From contig JARDVH010000193.1 in NCBI GenBank assembly GCA_030324005.1, forward strand, positions 29,608,969 through 29,672,968: a DNA stretch of 64,000 nt. The letters run 5' to 3'. Source of the DNA: Negaprion brevirostris. Taxonomy: Eukaryota. The position numbers and the translations under genes were made by a program. Positions 12,724 through 25,019 of this stretch are shown here, in pieces. The notes beneath the pieces are model-generated. The model had not been told where the DNA came from and did no database searches. It saw only the letters and a program-made list of their open reading frames with translations. Each line of letters begins with the position of its first letter. Position 1 is the first letter of the stretch.

Positions 12724-12861
12724 TAGGCTTCACAGCCTGGTTGCTGTTTTAACTTCCAACTGGTGAGTCACGAAGAAGCAGAATAACAGGTAAGACAACA
12801 TACCCATCTGGCCTGACTCTGCTGCAAGATTTCACACCATCACCTACAGAGCCAATTCAAT

Positions 12862-13167
12862 CGCGGCACAGTGGCACAGTGGTTAGCATTGCTGTCTTAC
12901 AGCGCCAGGGAGCCGAGTTCGATTCTTGGCTTGGGTCACTGTCTGTGTGGAGTCTGCATATTCTCCCTGTGCNNNNNNNNNNNNNNNNNNNNNNNNNNNN
13001 NNNNNNNNNNNNNNNNNNNNNNNNNNNNNNNNNNNNNNNNNNNNNNNNNNNNNNNNNNNNNNNNNNNNNNNNNNNNNNNNNNNNNNNNNNNNNNNNNNNN
13101 NNNNNNNNNNNNNNNNNNNNNNNNNNNNNNNNNNNNCACTGTAGGGCTTCTATGACATTCTATGAAT
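12862..13167 (+). mobile_element. HE1-type V-SINE (type A tail, gap inside)
   Basis: Head before the gap; cactgtagggcttctatgacattctatga after it. Confidence 0.85.
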
Positions 13168-16106
13168 CTCTGCTTGTTCTTTAACATGTGGCATCAGCTC
13201 CAACCAAAAATGGGAATCCTACAACTCCAGTCTTTAGCTAGCTGATCTTGAATTCCTGCATGAAAGAATCCCACACTGAATGCTGGCTTGGGATGCTGGA
13301 ACTCATCTGAACTAATATTCATCTTATGTTCATAAAATTGGATTTAATATTTAAAAATTATTTAATATTGTTTGGTAGAAATTCCAGCGTGTAAACTGCT
13401 GTTGAAGGGTACAGAACTACTTTAAAATACTAAGTGATAAGAAATAAAATATTGCTCTACTTGGCTGGTAAAAGTTTATTTCAGGGAGTTCCATTTCACA
13501 ATCAGCAGGTGCTCTTTTCCACTCCAAGATAAAGTTAAAGATATTGAAGGCTAATCAAAATGAGCGAATCAGCTACAGGTATCAGCTACAATCAATTTTT
13601 GCTTGCACGTTCTGCTTTCCAACAGCAAAACTTTGAAAATAATGAAAAAGCCATATGTGACAAATGGAACTAAAGGAGAGCTGGAACTGGAACAAAGTGT
13701 GAAACAACAAGCTAGAAAAATTTAAATATCGAAGAAATACAATATCCAAAAATTATGGCTCCTAAAATATAGATATGTGTCGGAATTTTATCAGTGAGTC
13801 CACCCTGGAACTGGGGCAGCTGAGTTTCACAGAATGGCATTCTCTGTTGACCTCGGACAGGATCTTCCAAGCCTTAGGCGGGCGAGGCGGTAGTGGAGTG
13901 AGGCACAGTTTCATGGGAGAAGAACAATGGTAAACATGGGAACATGCACATCTCTAAATATTAAACACAATAAAATTGTGGATCAGAAATAACATAGTCC
14001 ATACCTCCCTTCCCCATATAGTAGATCCGATCCCAACCGGAGGGTTGTCAAAATGCAACTTAATGGTTCAGAGAAACAAGCAATTCTTGTAATCTGTGAA
14101 GTCAAAATGAACCATTTATTGGTCTATTTATTCCACTAGCCGCTCTAATTTTAATGAGCTGGCCGAAAGCCGAGTGCAGGGCCTAAGCGACTGAAATCAA
14201 AGTTTATGTGACTTTAAAAGCATTTTGCATAACAGGTATTGTAATGACCAAGTACAGAATTACATGTAAATTACAACATGGAAACAGCACTTTAGGCCTA
14301 CCCAGTCTGATGTTGGTGGTCATCCTTAGATAAGAAACAGTCCTGAGCTTACGTGCTGCTTTGTTCCCATATCTCTTGGACAAATGCCTTGGAATTGAGA
14401 GGTTAAATCTAATTGTGATGCCTTATTTGACATGTCTGCACCTACTCAACAGTGGGATTTAACCTAGCAGGAACCAAGATCATTTTAAGATCCACCAACT
14501 ACTACTAAGCAGGAAAACAACTCATTCAAAGTTATTACATTAAAGCAATTATTTTCTAGGAAGAAAAGCAAATAATTATTTAGATGACCTGGAAGTACTA
14601 CTTAAATGAAGTTAGGACACACAAAATGATGAGCAGGAATAGGTCAGATGGTCCATCACGCCCACCCCCACTCATAACAACCAGGACATCCTGACTAGAC
14701 AATTCCTCCCTTCTCCATAACTGTGTCTCACCTCCCAACCCTTCACAGCCATTTAGCTTCCGCATAATATCCAGTAAATGTGCTTAGGTCCTGTGCTTGA
14801 TTGGAACACAGAGCTGTTCGCTGAAAATAAATCTAGAAATGACTGATCACTCAGTCTGAAAGAAAATGGAAGCACCAAAGTTACTGGAAATGTTTGCTGT
14901 TGTCCAAGATACCTAACTGACTGTATAGCTTATTTAACAGTCACCAGATGTAGAAAAAGAGAGATTGAGAACTCAGGAGTAGATTCATGGGAGGAAAGCA
15001 AAGTTTCAACTGCAAAACTAATTACAGTTCAATGGTCTGAGCAGAGGAGTGACCCTGGAAATGTGCAGTGTTAATATGCAACACCCACAAAGTATTTCAG
15101 CTTATTCCCCTGGTAGCAGCAAGGTTACATTTTTGAATGCTTACAGACAATGCAAAGAAAACACATACATAAAAAATGAGAATTGACAGCAACCAAAAGG
15201 TAAGAATGCACTGAATAAGAAAATAAACATCTAGTCACCTTTTTCTTCAGACAATGCTCAATCCACCTAATCATGCAGCCTTAATTAACCTCTCGAGGTT
15301 AAATGCTATTTCATCTGTTCTCAGTGAGTACTGCAAGATAATTGAACGCAGTTCTATAGGGTAGAATTTTAGCTGTGTGTAGGAAGGTGGTGTTTTGGTG
15401 CCAACCTTACTCCAGCCTGAGTTACACCTGGGCAAATCCTGCCAGATCGATCCAAGTTAATTATTAATGATTTACTGAGAGCTCTCACTGTGGAACACAC
15501 CTTCAATTGGGAGCTCACACAGCATGAGACAAAACATTCTTTGGTGCCCATAGACCTGGGGTTCCTAAATTATGGTATGCATACGCCTTGGGATCAACAG
15601 GACATTTCTGCAGGATACATTGGAGAAATTGCCTGGTATTGAATCCCCTAGTAAGCCCCCACCTCTCACACTCTTTCTCACACGTTCTCCTGTTTTTCTC
15701 TCCTATTTAATCATCGCTTGTTGGGAGTTGAATTTAATTCGGAGCTGCTGATTCTTGGTTACCCACATTGATGGCACTGTGGGTAGTTAAATAAAAAGGT
15801 TTTCCGGGTTGGCTGACAGCATATTTTCATATTTTGTTAAATTGATCTATTGTTTGCTTTGTTACAATAAGTTTAAAATTAAAAGAAAGGATTGTGATTG
15901 TGAATGCTGCCAAGGTCAATACTGACATTACAATTGGTTGTGGAGGCATGTTCCAAACATGCTAGAATATTCCTCAGGTTAATATGCTCAGCTTTCAAAA
16001 TAAAATCTTTGCTTGTTCTTGTCCAAAATTTTTATTCATTTATTGTGTCCTTTTCCACTCTTTTCCAAGATGTTAGTTATGACTCTCTTGTCAGCTGCTT
16101 TTAGGA

Positions 16107-16400
16107 GGTGGCACAGTCGCAGTGCTGCCTCACAGTGCCAGGCACCCAGGTTCAATTCCTGGCTTGGGTCACTGTCTGTGCTGAGTCTGCACATTCTCCC
16201 TGTGTCTGTGTGGTATTCCTCAGGGCGCTCCAGTTTCCTCCCACAGTCCAAAGATATGCTGATTAGGTGGATTGGCCATGCTAAATTCTCTCTCAGTGTA
16301 CCCGAACAGGTGCCGGAATGTGGCGATTAGGGGATTTTCACAGTAACTTCATTGTAGTGTTGATGTAAGCCTACTTATGATATTAATAAATAAACTTAAA
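16107..16400 (+). mobile_element. HE1-type V-SINE with alternative tail (type B)
   Basis: HE1 head and core, then tctctcagtgtacccgaacagg...ggattttcacagtaacttcattg...gtaagcctacttatgatattaataaataaacttaaa. Confidence 0.88.
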
Positions 16401-17139
16401 ATTATTTTGAAAGCAGTCATTTGAATGAAAACACTTTGAATTATTTCCACCAACTTCACAGGCTGATTGATCTAGTCCCTTTGTAAAGTATGCACCAAAA
16501 CCAATTTAAAGGTGAAATGCGTAACCTGACTCAGAACATAGTCTCAAAAAATGCGGAATGTTTTAATAAGTTAATACTTAGATGAATCAACATATTCAAA
16601 GTAATTGTGTGAACTATCTGATTTTTAGATATGGTTGATGTTAAGTACAATAGATTGCATTGTATCGAGAGGAAGAGGAAAGTTCATTTAAAAAGTAAAC
16701 GTGTTGTAGCCTGTGGTAGTGACAAGACTAAATGACACTCAGTGCTAAGAATTGTGTTTACTAAAATCAGTTAGCTTCTGGAAAAAAAAATGCATGTTCT
16801 TGCATTTTGAAAATATTTATTGGAAATGTCAAATAGGAATGAATGATTAAGATAAAACTGGTACCTTAATTAATATTACTGGATTTAGAATAAACTAGCG
16901 GGAGAGGCCTGTTCTGTCGCCAGTGAAATGTAAACAGTTGGGTCTACTAGTCTTTCATTTTTTTTTGCAGTCTCCATTATACAGAGTCGCCCCGGACATC
17001 TTAACTAACAACAGACTCAAGATTGAGTTACAACCAATGTTTTCTTTAAAACCTTGTTTTTTGTAGCCTGTTCTTCATGATGAGGTCTTTTCAAACTTTT
17101 GTGCCATCACACAGATGCTGTGTTTAACTGTCATGGGTT

Positions 17140-17346
17140 CATAGAATCATAGAGGTTTACAGCATGAAAACAGGCCCTTTGGCCCAACTTGTCCATCCTG
17201 CCCTTTTCTTTAAACCCCTAAGCTAGTTCCAATTGCCCATCTTGACCATGCAACTGTCTAAATACTTTTTAAAAGACAAAATTGTACCCGCTTCTACTAC
17301 TACCTCTGGCAGGTGCTCCAGACACTCACCATCCTCTGTGTGAAAC
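17140..17346 (-). mobile_element. CR1 LINE 3' end
   Basis: catagaatcatagaggtttacagcatg...; same subfamily as 44633-44880. Confidence 0.85.
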
Positions 17347-17387
17347 TGGAAGAAGGCCTGCGTGATAATTCTTAGTCTGCCATGCAA

Positions 17388-17468
17388 TTACACATACGCA
17401 CGCACACACACGCACACACAAACACAACACACACACACAATCACATGCATACATACACACACACACAC
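17388..17468. repeat. Imperfect (CA)n microsatellite
   Basis: Directly visible. Confidence 0.9.
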
Positions 17469-18209
17469 AAAGATCATGGGTGGAAGAGGGAACTCACAAT
17501 GTTAAAATGGTGGCGTGGGCTCGTTGGGCCGAAAGGCCTGTTTCCCGTGCTGTGTTGTTCTTTGTTCTTTGTATATAGACCCCTTAGCAGAAACCAACAG
17601 AAGCTGAGTTTTGGGTCCAGGTACAAGCAAAGTGCCCTAAATTGTCATTCAGACTTGTCAAGTCTTTCATAACATTTCCTACAATTTATCCCATGTGAAA
17701 GTGGATTTTTATCACTCAGTGGAATGAAATCAAGTTATCATCAGTGCTTTTGTGGAAAAAACAACTTACGGCTCAATCACCTATCACTCCGAGTGCAATG
17801 TGCATCTATTCAAACTGACATCCTCATCTGTCACATTAATGACGAATTGGACTATGAAGGTAATATTTAAGTTGCATCTGTATTATAATTTATANNNNNN
17901 NNNNNNNNNNNNNNNNNNNNNNNNNNNNNNNNNNNNNNNNNNNNNNNNNNNNNNNNNNNNNNNNNNNNNNNNNNNNNNNNNNNNNNNNNNNNNNCGGCGC
18001 GGGGGGGGGGGGGGGGGGGGGCGGGGGGCGGGGGGGGGGGCGGGGGGGGGGCACGGGTGGTGGTCTGCTGCCACTTTGCCTGAGCTCAATGGGAGGGAAG
18101 GGGAGGTCCGCTGCCACTCTGCCTGAGATCGGTGGGGAGGAAAGGGGGAAGGGGCCCGTGATCGGTCTGGGTGGTGGGGGTGGAGTGTGTGGGGGGATAA
18201 GAGGGTCAA

Positions 18210-18628
18210 GAATTTTCGACCTTGGGTTGAATGCAGCTGGAAAATCCCACCCAATGTGTGGGGATACAGGGAGAAGGCAGTGGAATGTCACTAAGCCATC
18301 CTTCTTGTTTTGAGAGCCAGTGTAGACACGATCGGTTAAATGGCCTTCTTTGCCTGCTCTGATTCCTGTGGCGGACGGGATGTGAAAATTCCACCCGCTG
18401 TTTCTAACCTTACAGAATGCATGGTGAAAGAAAGGAAGTGCTGTTCATAACAGGGATGAAGGCCAATGACACAATTAAATAAGCTGAAAGAAGTTGTGGT
18501 TCTTCTTCGACTGGGTATTGTCAGAAGTAGTTTCAAATTAACTGAAAGGACAGCTGAGCTCAGCAGAATGGTGGAGAGATAGGACAAGATATCATCAGTG
18601 TTTTTCTGAAAGTTAATGTTTTCACCAT
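18210..18628. repeat. Local duplication of 20816-21271 with partial inversion
   Basis: 18210-18350 is a direct copy of 21131-21271; 18351-18628 is the reverse complement of 20816-21093. Confidence 0.92.
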
Positions 18629-19670
18629 CTGTAATCTGTGATCTTTAGTCACAGAGCCTGCCATGACCCTCTCTGCCATCCCTTCATAACAAAATTTCTT
18701 TACAGGTTTTCCAGGATTGTCATAACTGAACCTTGGATGGCCCCTGATGCAGGTGGGGCAATGTGTGTAGGGTCCGGGGGAGGTAATATCCGGCCTGTGA
18801 GCGATGTGGCAGGGGAGTGGCATTCTATCATTTTTTGTCTGCGCATGCACAGTTGGAGGCGCTGATCAGAGCTGCAGGATTTTAGGCACGTTAAACCCCA
18901 CCTACAGCGCGATTCAGAATCACTGATACTTTTGCAGGCAGAGTGCGTATGAGGGTGCCTGAGGACGGGTCTAAAAGTGGGAAACACTCCCAGTTTCAAG
19001 CCCGTCCAACACTTAGAATGAAAACAGTGAAATAAGGCCCTATGACTCTGAAAGTTGTTCTAGCAAATAAACCAGTGTTAGCAGCTCCAGATTTCAACAA
19101 AGCATCTAAAGTAGCCATTGATGCCAATGAGCTTGGAGCAAGGGGCCATCCTACATTAGGAGGATAAATCAGGTCCAGAGAGGCTGTTTGGGTGGTTCTC
19201 CAAGAAACTGAGCAAAGCAGAAACATTATTCCACTGGGGAGAAAGAAACCTTGGCATTACTACCAGCTCTCAAACACTTTGTAATTCATGTCTGAAATAA
19301 CCACACAGAGACTGCAGTCAACACAAATCACAATCCCTTAATCTTTGTGGAAAAATCAAAACTAAAACTGCGAGTTTGTCCCTCCAACCTTATCACTTAA
19401 AAATGATCCACACGGCAGGAAACAATAATGTGACTGCAAATGCCCCATCCAAAGAATAAAACCTGGCTTGAAACCAGAGCCTGAATCACAAAAGTACTGA
19501 CAAGGTTTAAGGGATAGTGCGAGGGTGTGGATGGATGTGTATGTTTGGGTTCTATTGTTTTAGTTTTTGTACATTTCAGGTTGTGAAACTCATGTAAACT
19601 GTCATATAAATCTTTCTGTCAACCCAGAGGAACATCTGAAATGGAGCTCGCAGGAACATTGAAACTAAGA

Positions 19671-20652
19671 AGGGGATTCTCCAGCCCGCTGCGCTGCTAT
19701 AGCTGCGCAACAGGCCAGGAGACATCAGCAGAAGCTGTTTCGCGGCCCCCCCCCCCACCCNNNNNNNNNNNNNNNNNNNNNNNNNNNNNNNNNNNNNNNN
19801 NNNNNNNNNNNNNNNNNNNNNNNNNNNNNNNNNNNNNNNNNNNNNNNNNNNNNNNNNNNNNNNNNNNNNNNNNNNNNNNNNNNNNNNNNNNNNNNNNNNN
19901 NNNNNNNNNNNNNNNNNNNNNNNNNNNNNNNNNNNNNNNNNNNNNNNNNNNNNNNNNNNNNNNNNNNNNNNNNNNNNNNNNNNNNNNNNNNNNNNNNNNN
20001 NNNNNNNNNNNNNNNNNNNNNNNNNNNNNNNNNNNNNNNNNNNNNNNNNNNNNNNNNNNNNNNNNNNNNNNNNNNNNNNNNNNNNNNNNNNNNNNNNNNN
20101 NNNNNNNNNNNNNNNNNNNNNNNNNNNNNNNNNNNNNNNNNNNNNNNNNNNNNNNNNNNNNNNNNNNNNNNNNNNNNNNNNNNNNNNNNNNNNNNNNNNN
20201 NNNNNNNNNNNNNNNNNNNNNNNNNNNNNNNNNNNNNNNNNNNNNNNNNNNNTGAGAGGCCAGTAATTTGGGGAGGGGGAGGCCTCTGCAGTCTCTGCAG
20301 GGCCAGTGAGCTGGGGTTGCGGGACTGGCCAGTGATCAGGCTGGCCAGCATTCGGGAATAAGTCTCACAACAGCAGGTTGCATCTCTACATCAGCATTTG
20401 GGAGGCTAGAATGTGGGGCTACTGCGCATGTGCTGATCTCCACTCTGACAGATCAGCGTATGTGTGCAGTGGCCCGCTCAGTGCTATGCTGCTGGCCTCC
20501 CCAGCAGGAATAGGCTCTGCCCCCTGATTTTCAGAGTGAATCTCTGTAGTGCTCAGAATGTGGAAATTCATTTTGAAAACCATGCTAGAAAACAGCCAGA
20601 CTTACTCTCGTTTTTATGCAAATTGGGGAAATTTTTTGGGAGAATCCCAGCC
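19671..20652. mobile_element. Non-autonomous TIR element (Harbinger-like), gap inside
   Basis: Ends aggggattctcc ... ggagaatcccagcc; internal hairpin tgcgcatgtgctgatc...gatcagcgtatgtgtgca at ~20423-20468. Confidence 0.55.
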
Positions 20653-21047
20653 TAAACCTTATTCAGAAATAACCTGAGGTTCCATTCTTACTTATTGGAA
20701 TATGGCTAATTTATCTCCAACAATGGCATGTCATCCTTTCCGTACATTGTCACCTCCAAATGTCTTCAAAGATCTACTGATGGGCCCCTCCTCTTCCTTG
20801 CCTGAAAGCTGCTCAATGGTGAAAACATTAACTTTCAGAAATACACGGATGATATCCTGTTCTATTTCTCCACCATTCTGCTGAACTCAGCTGTCCTTTC
20901 AGTTAATTTCAGACTACTTCTGACAATACCCAGTCTAAGAGGAACCACAACTTCTTCCAGCTCATTTAATTGTGTCATTGGCCTTCATCCCTCTTATGAA
21001 CAGCATTTCCTTTCTCTCGCCATTCATTCTGTAAGGTTAGAAACAGC

Positions 21048-21173
21048 GGGTGGAATTTTCACATCCCGTCCACCACAGGAATCATAGCAGGCAGGGGCGG
21101 ACCAAGCAAAGGTTCATTTACCTTGGGTGGGAATTTTCAGCCTTGGGATGAATGCAGCTGGAAAATCCCGCCC
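21048..21173. mobile_element. ~125 bp MITE-like element
   Basis: gggtggaattttc ... ggaaaatcccgccc terminal inverted repeats. Confidence 0.75.
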
Positions 21174-21748
21174 AATGTGTAGGGATACAGGGAGAAGGCA
21201 GTGGAATGTCACTAAACCATACTGCTTGTTTTAAGAGCCAGTGTAGACATGATCGGCTAAATGGCCTTCTTCGACACAATAACAATTCTGTGGTTCACAA
21301 TCTCTCTGTTTTATTTCATCCTGAACTGACTCATAATTCTTTGTATCTGTTCCATGACTAAAATTTTCATTGTCAAAAAATAACTTTCTTCTGCTTCTAC
21401 CTCTGTCACTGCACCACCTGTTATACATGCCTTCATCCACCCTTGGACACAATGATTATAATGCTTTCCGTTTTGGTTTTCCATCCTTCACCTTCCCTGA
21501 ACCCCGCCTTTTCCAAAACTGCCTCATGTACAATGTCCCATTCTGAGATTCACAGAGTTGTAATGTCACAAAAGCAGACAATTTGGCCCGATTTGGCCCA
21601 TCGTGCCTGCAACGGCTCACCGAATGGACAATTTACCTAGTACCATTCCACTGCCTCCACCCATGACCCTGCACATTCTTCCTTTGCAGATTAGAATATG
21701 ATTCCCTTCTGAATGCCAGGATTGAATCTGCCTCCACCACAATTTCAC

Positions 21749-22045
21749 ATGGGGGCACAGTGGTTAACACTGCTGCCTCACAGCACCAGAGACCCAGTTC
21801 AATTCCCGGCTGGGGTCACTGGCTGTGTGGAGTTTGCATGTTCTTCCCATGTATATGTGAGTTTCCTCCAGGTGTTCTGGTTTCCTTCCACAGTCTAAAG
21901 ATGTGCAGGCTAGATGAATTGGCCATGCTAAATTGACCCTCAGTGTACCTGAACATGTGCTGGAGTGTGACGACTAGGGGATTTCCACAGTAACTTCATT
22001 GCAGTGTGAACATAAGCCTACTTGTGACTAATAAATAAACTTAAA
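21749..22045 (+). mobile_element. HE1-type V-SINE, type B tail
   Basis: Tail ...cctacttgtgactaataaataaacttaaa. Confidence 0.88.
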
Positions 22046-22176
22046 AGTTATTTGCCATGGTCTTTAAGGTACTGTAGCTAGATCCATTGGTGTGAGAATT
22101 TTTTTTAAATGATAATACAAAATATTACAATTCCCAAACCATAATCATTCACTGCATTAAAAAGTTTCTCCTCATA

Positions 22177-22548
22177 TCATAGAATCCCTATAGAGCAGGA
22201 AAGGACTTACAGCCCTTCAAGTCTGCACCAACTCTCTGACAGAATAACTCCAGTTACTTACTGGGTAACTGACTTAGTCCCTCTCCTCTATCCCCATAAC
22301 CGCACACATCTCCCACGGCTAATCCCCCTGATCCATATATCTTGGGACACTGATGGGCAATTTATCATGGCCAATCTACTTCACCCGCACATCTTTGGAC
22401 TGAGGGAGGAAACTGGAGCACCCGAAGGAAACCCATGCAGAATGGGGAGTACATAGAAACTCCACACAGTTACCCAAGGCCGGAATTAAACCCAGGTCTC
22501 TGGAGCTGTGAGGCAGCAGTGTTAACTACTGTGCCGCCATGCTGCCCC
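22177..22548 (-). mobile_element. HE1-type V-SINE (type A-like tail)
   Basis: tcatagaatccct...catctttggactg...gtgccgccatgctgcccc. Confidence 0.85.
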
Positions 22549-22914
22549 TGCTGCCATTTTTGTTTCCTTTGCTAATTACTCTAAATCTATTCCCACTCAC
22601 CAACCTGCAAAAACTCCATCTCCCCCATCAGTCATTTAAAAACCTTCTGTTTTTCGATAAATTGTTTTAAATTTCATTCCATCCAATTTCTGAATTCTTT
22701 GTCAGCTCCATACCTACTCTTGAATGCTCTATCACTTTGATTCTGGAGTTGTGAGTAACGCAATCTCCTGTTTTGTGGTGGTGTTCTCAGTTGTCCTTAT
22801 CTTACAAATCAGATTCCCTACATCTCTTCACCTTCTAAAAACTCCGAAATCCCATCTCTTAAAAGATTTTGATTATGCTTCCTAAACTCGCTCTTTCTGA
22901 CTTTCAATCCATTT

Positions 22915-23265
22915 TTGACTTGGTTTGATTTGCTTTAATATTGTCACATGTATTAGTATACAGTGAAAAGTATTGTTTCTTGCACGCCATACAAAGCATA
23001 CCATGCATAGAGAAGNNNNNNNNNNNNNNNNNNNNNNNNNNNNNNNNNNNNNNNNNNNNNNNNNNNNNNNNNNNNNNNNNNNNNNNNNNNNNNNNNNNNN
23101 NNNNNNNNNNNNNNNGCATTGTTTTTTACACAATATACATACAAAGCATACCATTCATAGAGAAGGAAACGAGAGAGTGCAGAATGTAGTGTGACAGTCA
23201 TAGCTAGGGTTTAGAGAAAGATCAACTAAATGCAAGGTAGGTCCATTCAGAAGTCTGATGGCTGT
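22915..23265 (-). mobile_element. Rex1/Babar LINE 3' UTR fragment
   Basis: Homologous to 10807-10980 (ttgatttg...attgtcacatg...cagtgaaaagtattg; agagaaggaaacgagagagtgcagaatg). Confidence 0.8.
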
Positions 23266-23404
23266 GAAATGCTGTACATGTTATTTATGTCAAAGATGCT
23301 GTATAAGTGAAAGTTATTGCAGCTTTTTTTTAAATTATTTGTCTCTCAGGTGAAAAGTGAAATTTAAGTCCTGTCATCTTTCTCAGGTGGAGATAAATGA
23401 TCTC

Positions 23405-23930
23405 TTTATTCTTTCATGGGATGTGAGTGTTATTGTCAAGGCCAGCATTTGTTGCCCATCCCCAATTGTCCTGAACTGAATGGCTTGCTTGGCTACTTCA
23501 GAGGGTAGGTAAGAGTCAACCATGTGGATCTGAAGTCATATGTAGGCCAGACTGGGTAAGGATGGCAGATTTCTTTCCCTAAAAGATATTAGTGGACCAG
23601 ATTATTAGAATAATCAATGATAGTTTCATGGTCACCATCACTGAGACTTGCTTTTGATATATGGAAGAATAGTGGGTAATGGGGAAATGGCACAGAAAAG
23701 GAGTTGAGGCTGACGTTGATCAACCATGATTATATTGAACGGCAGGGCAGAGCGTGAAGGGCCTGGTGGCCTAATCCTGCCTCTATTTTGTGTGTTCAGT
23801 TTCAGATTTTTATTAATTAACTGAATTTAAATTCCAGCAACTGTCATGGTGGGATTTGACTCTCTGTCTCCAGAGTATTAGTCTGGGCCTCTCGACTATT
23901 AATTCACTGACGTTACCACCTACAATACCA
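23405..23930 (-). mobile_element. SINE family 2 with a nested CR1 3' tail (~23660-23795, +)
   Basis: Family-2 tail and core at 23405-23655, head at 23800-23930; the intervening gggtaatggggaaatggcacag...ggcctaatcctgc is a CR1-type end. Confidence 0.75.
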
Positions 23931-23934
23931 CTCA

Positions 23935-24100
23935 AAGAAAAGCAGAGGAATCTCTTCATGGCCTGACCAATGTTTATTCTTTAAACCAAAACCACGAAAT
24001 TGGATTAGAAGCTGTTTATCTCATTGCTGTCTGTGGGACCTTGTCTTGTCAAAATTGATTGCCATTTTTTCTTATATTACAAAGTGGCTCTATTTCAAAA
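23935..24100 (+). mobile_element. DeuSINE (SacSINE1/AmnSINE-like) remnant; its 5' part is probably ~23350-23403
   Basis: aaagcagaggaatctc...gaccaatgtttattc...tatctcattgctgtctgtgggaccttg...aaattgattgcc...attacaaagtgg resembles the recalled SacSINE1 body. Confidence 0.55.
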
Positions 24101-24845
24101 TGGTGCTGAATTTACATTGGACTGAAGACACAGGAACAGAGGAGGGTATGTGGACAATGGCACCCACCTACTGGCCTGCAGACACATTCCAGCCTCTGCT
24201 TTATTTTCATGGAGGTTTCTTTTGTCGGGAATGATATATACCTGTCTGCCAGGGGCAGAAAGTCAATTATGCCATTGAGGACGGTTTCCCAAGCAGTTTG
24301 GATTTTTCCAAATGGAGTTGCCCATCCTCATGCCCCTTGCCTGATGAATGGAGGTGGCCTCTCAACAAGAGGCCAAGGGGCTGGAGTTGCCTCAGCACTC
24401 CGCTTCCTACAGCAGCAACTGTTAATGTGCCACAGCTGCAACCTCAGGCCATCCTGAGAAGGAACTCGTCATCCATAAGGATGGCCTCCCAGCTGCGGCC
24501 ATGTTTTATTTTTAAACTCTCTCAAGTTTTCCAAGCGTGGGCCTATTTTGGGGCAGCCTCTAGATCTTCCATTCACATCGGTAGTGCCTACCTCTCCCAG
24601 TGCCAATGTCAACTGCAGTACTCTGATTGGCTGGCCTGGCTGTGGGACCTACCTGCTGGCCTTAACTAGAATCTCACCACCTGCATTTCTCGGTTTCCGA
24701 GCCTCATTTCATCTCCATTGGCAACTTCAGGACTGAAAATACAACCCATTCTGTCTGACATGCTTTGGGAAGTGGTTGGGTAATTAAGGGTTCTCTATGA
24801 AACCAAGTTGTTTTTATCTGCCCATTTTAAGTGGCATAATCGTTG

Positions 24846-25019
24846 AATAGAATAAAACAATCCCTATAGAGCAGAAGGAGGCCATTCAGCCCATCAAGCC
24901 TGCACTGATAACAATCCCACCCAGACCCTAACCCATAACCCAACATATTAACCCAGCTAATCCCCCTAACACTAATGGGCATTTTAGCCTGGCCAATCAA
25001 CCTAACCCACACATCTTTG
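24846..25019 (-). mobile_element. HE1-type V-SINE, 3' part
   Basis: aggaggccattcagcccatc...acaatcccacccag...cctaacccacacatcttt. Confidence 0.85.

Noticed and set aside
17995-18200. Poly-G tract giving Gly- or Pro-rich ORFs / G-quadruplex
   Set aside because: Adjacent to a gap, low complexity, and probably the interior of a GC-rich transposon; base calls are unreliable.
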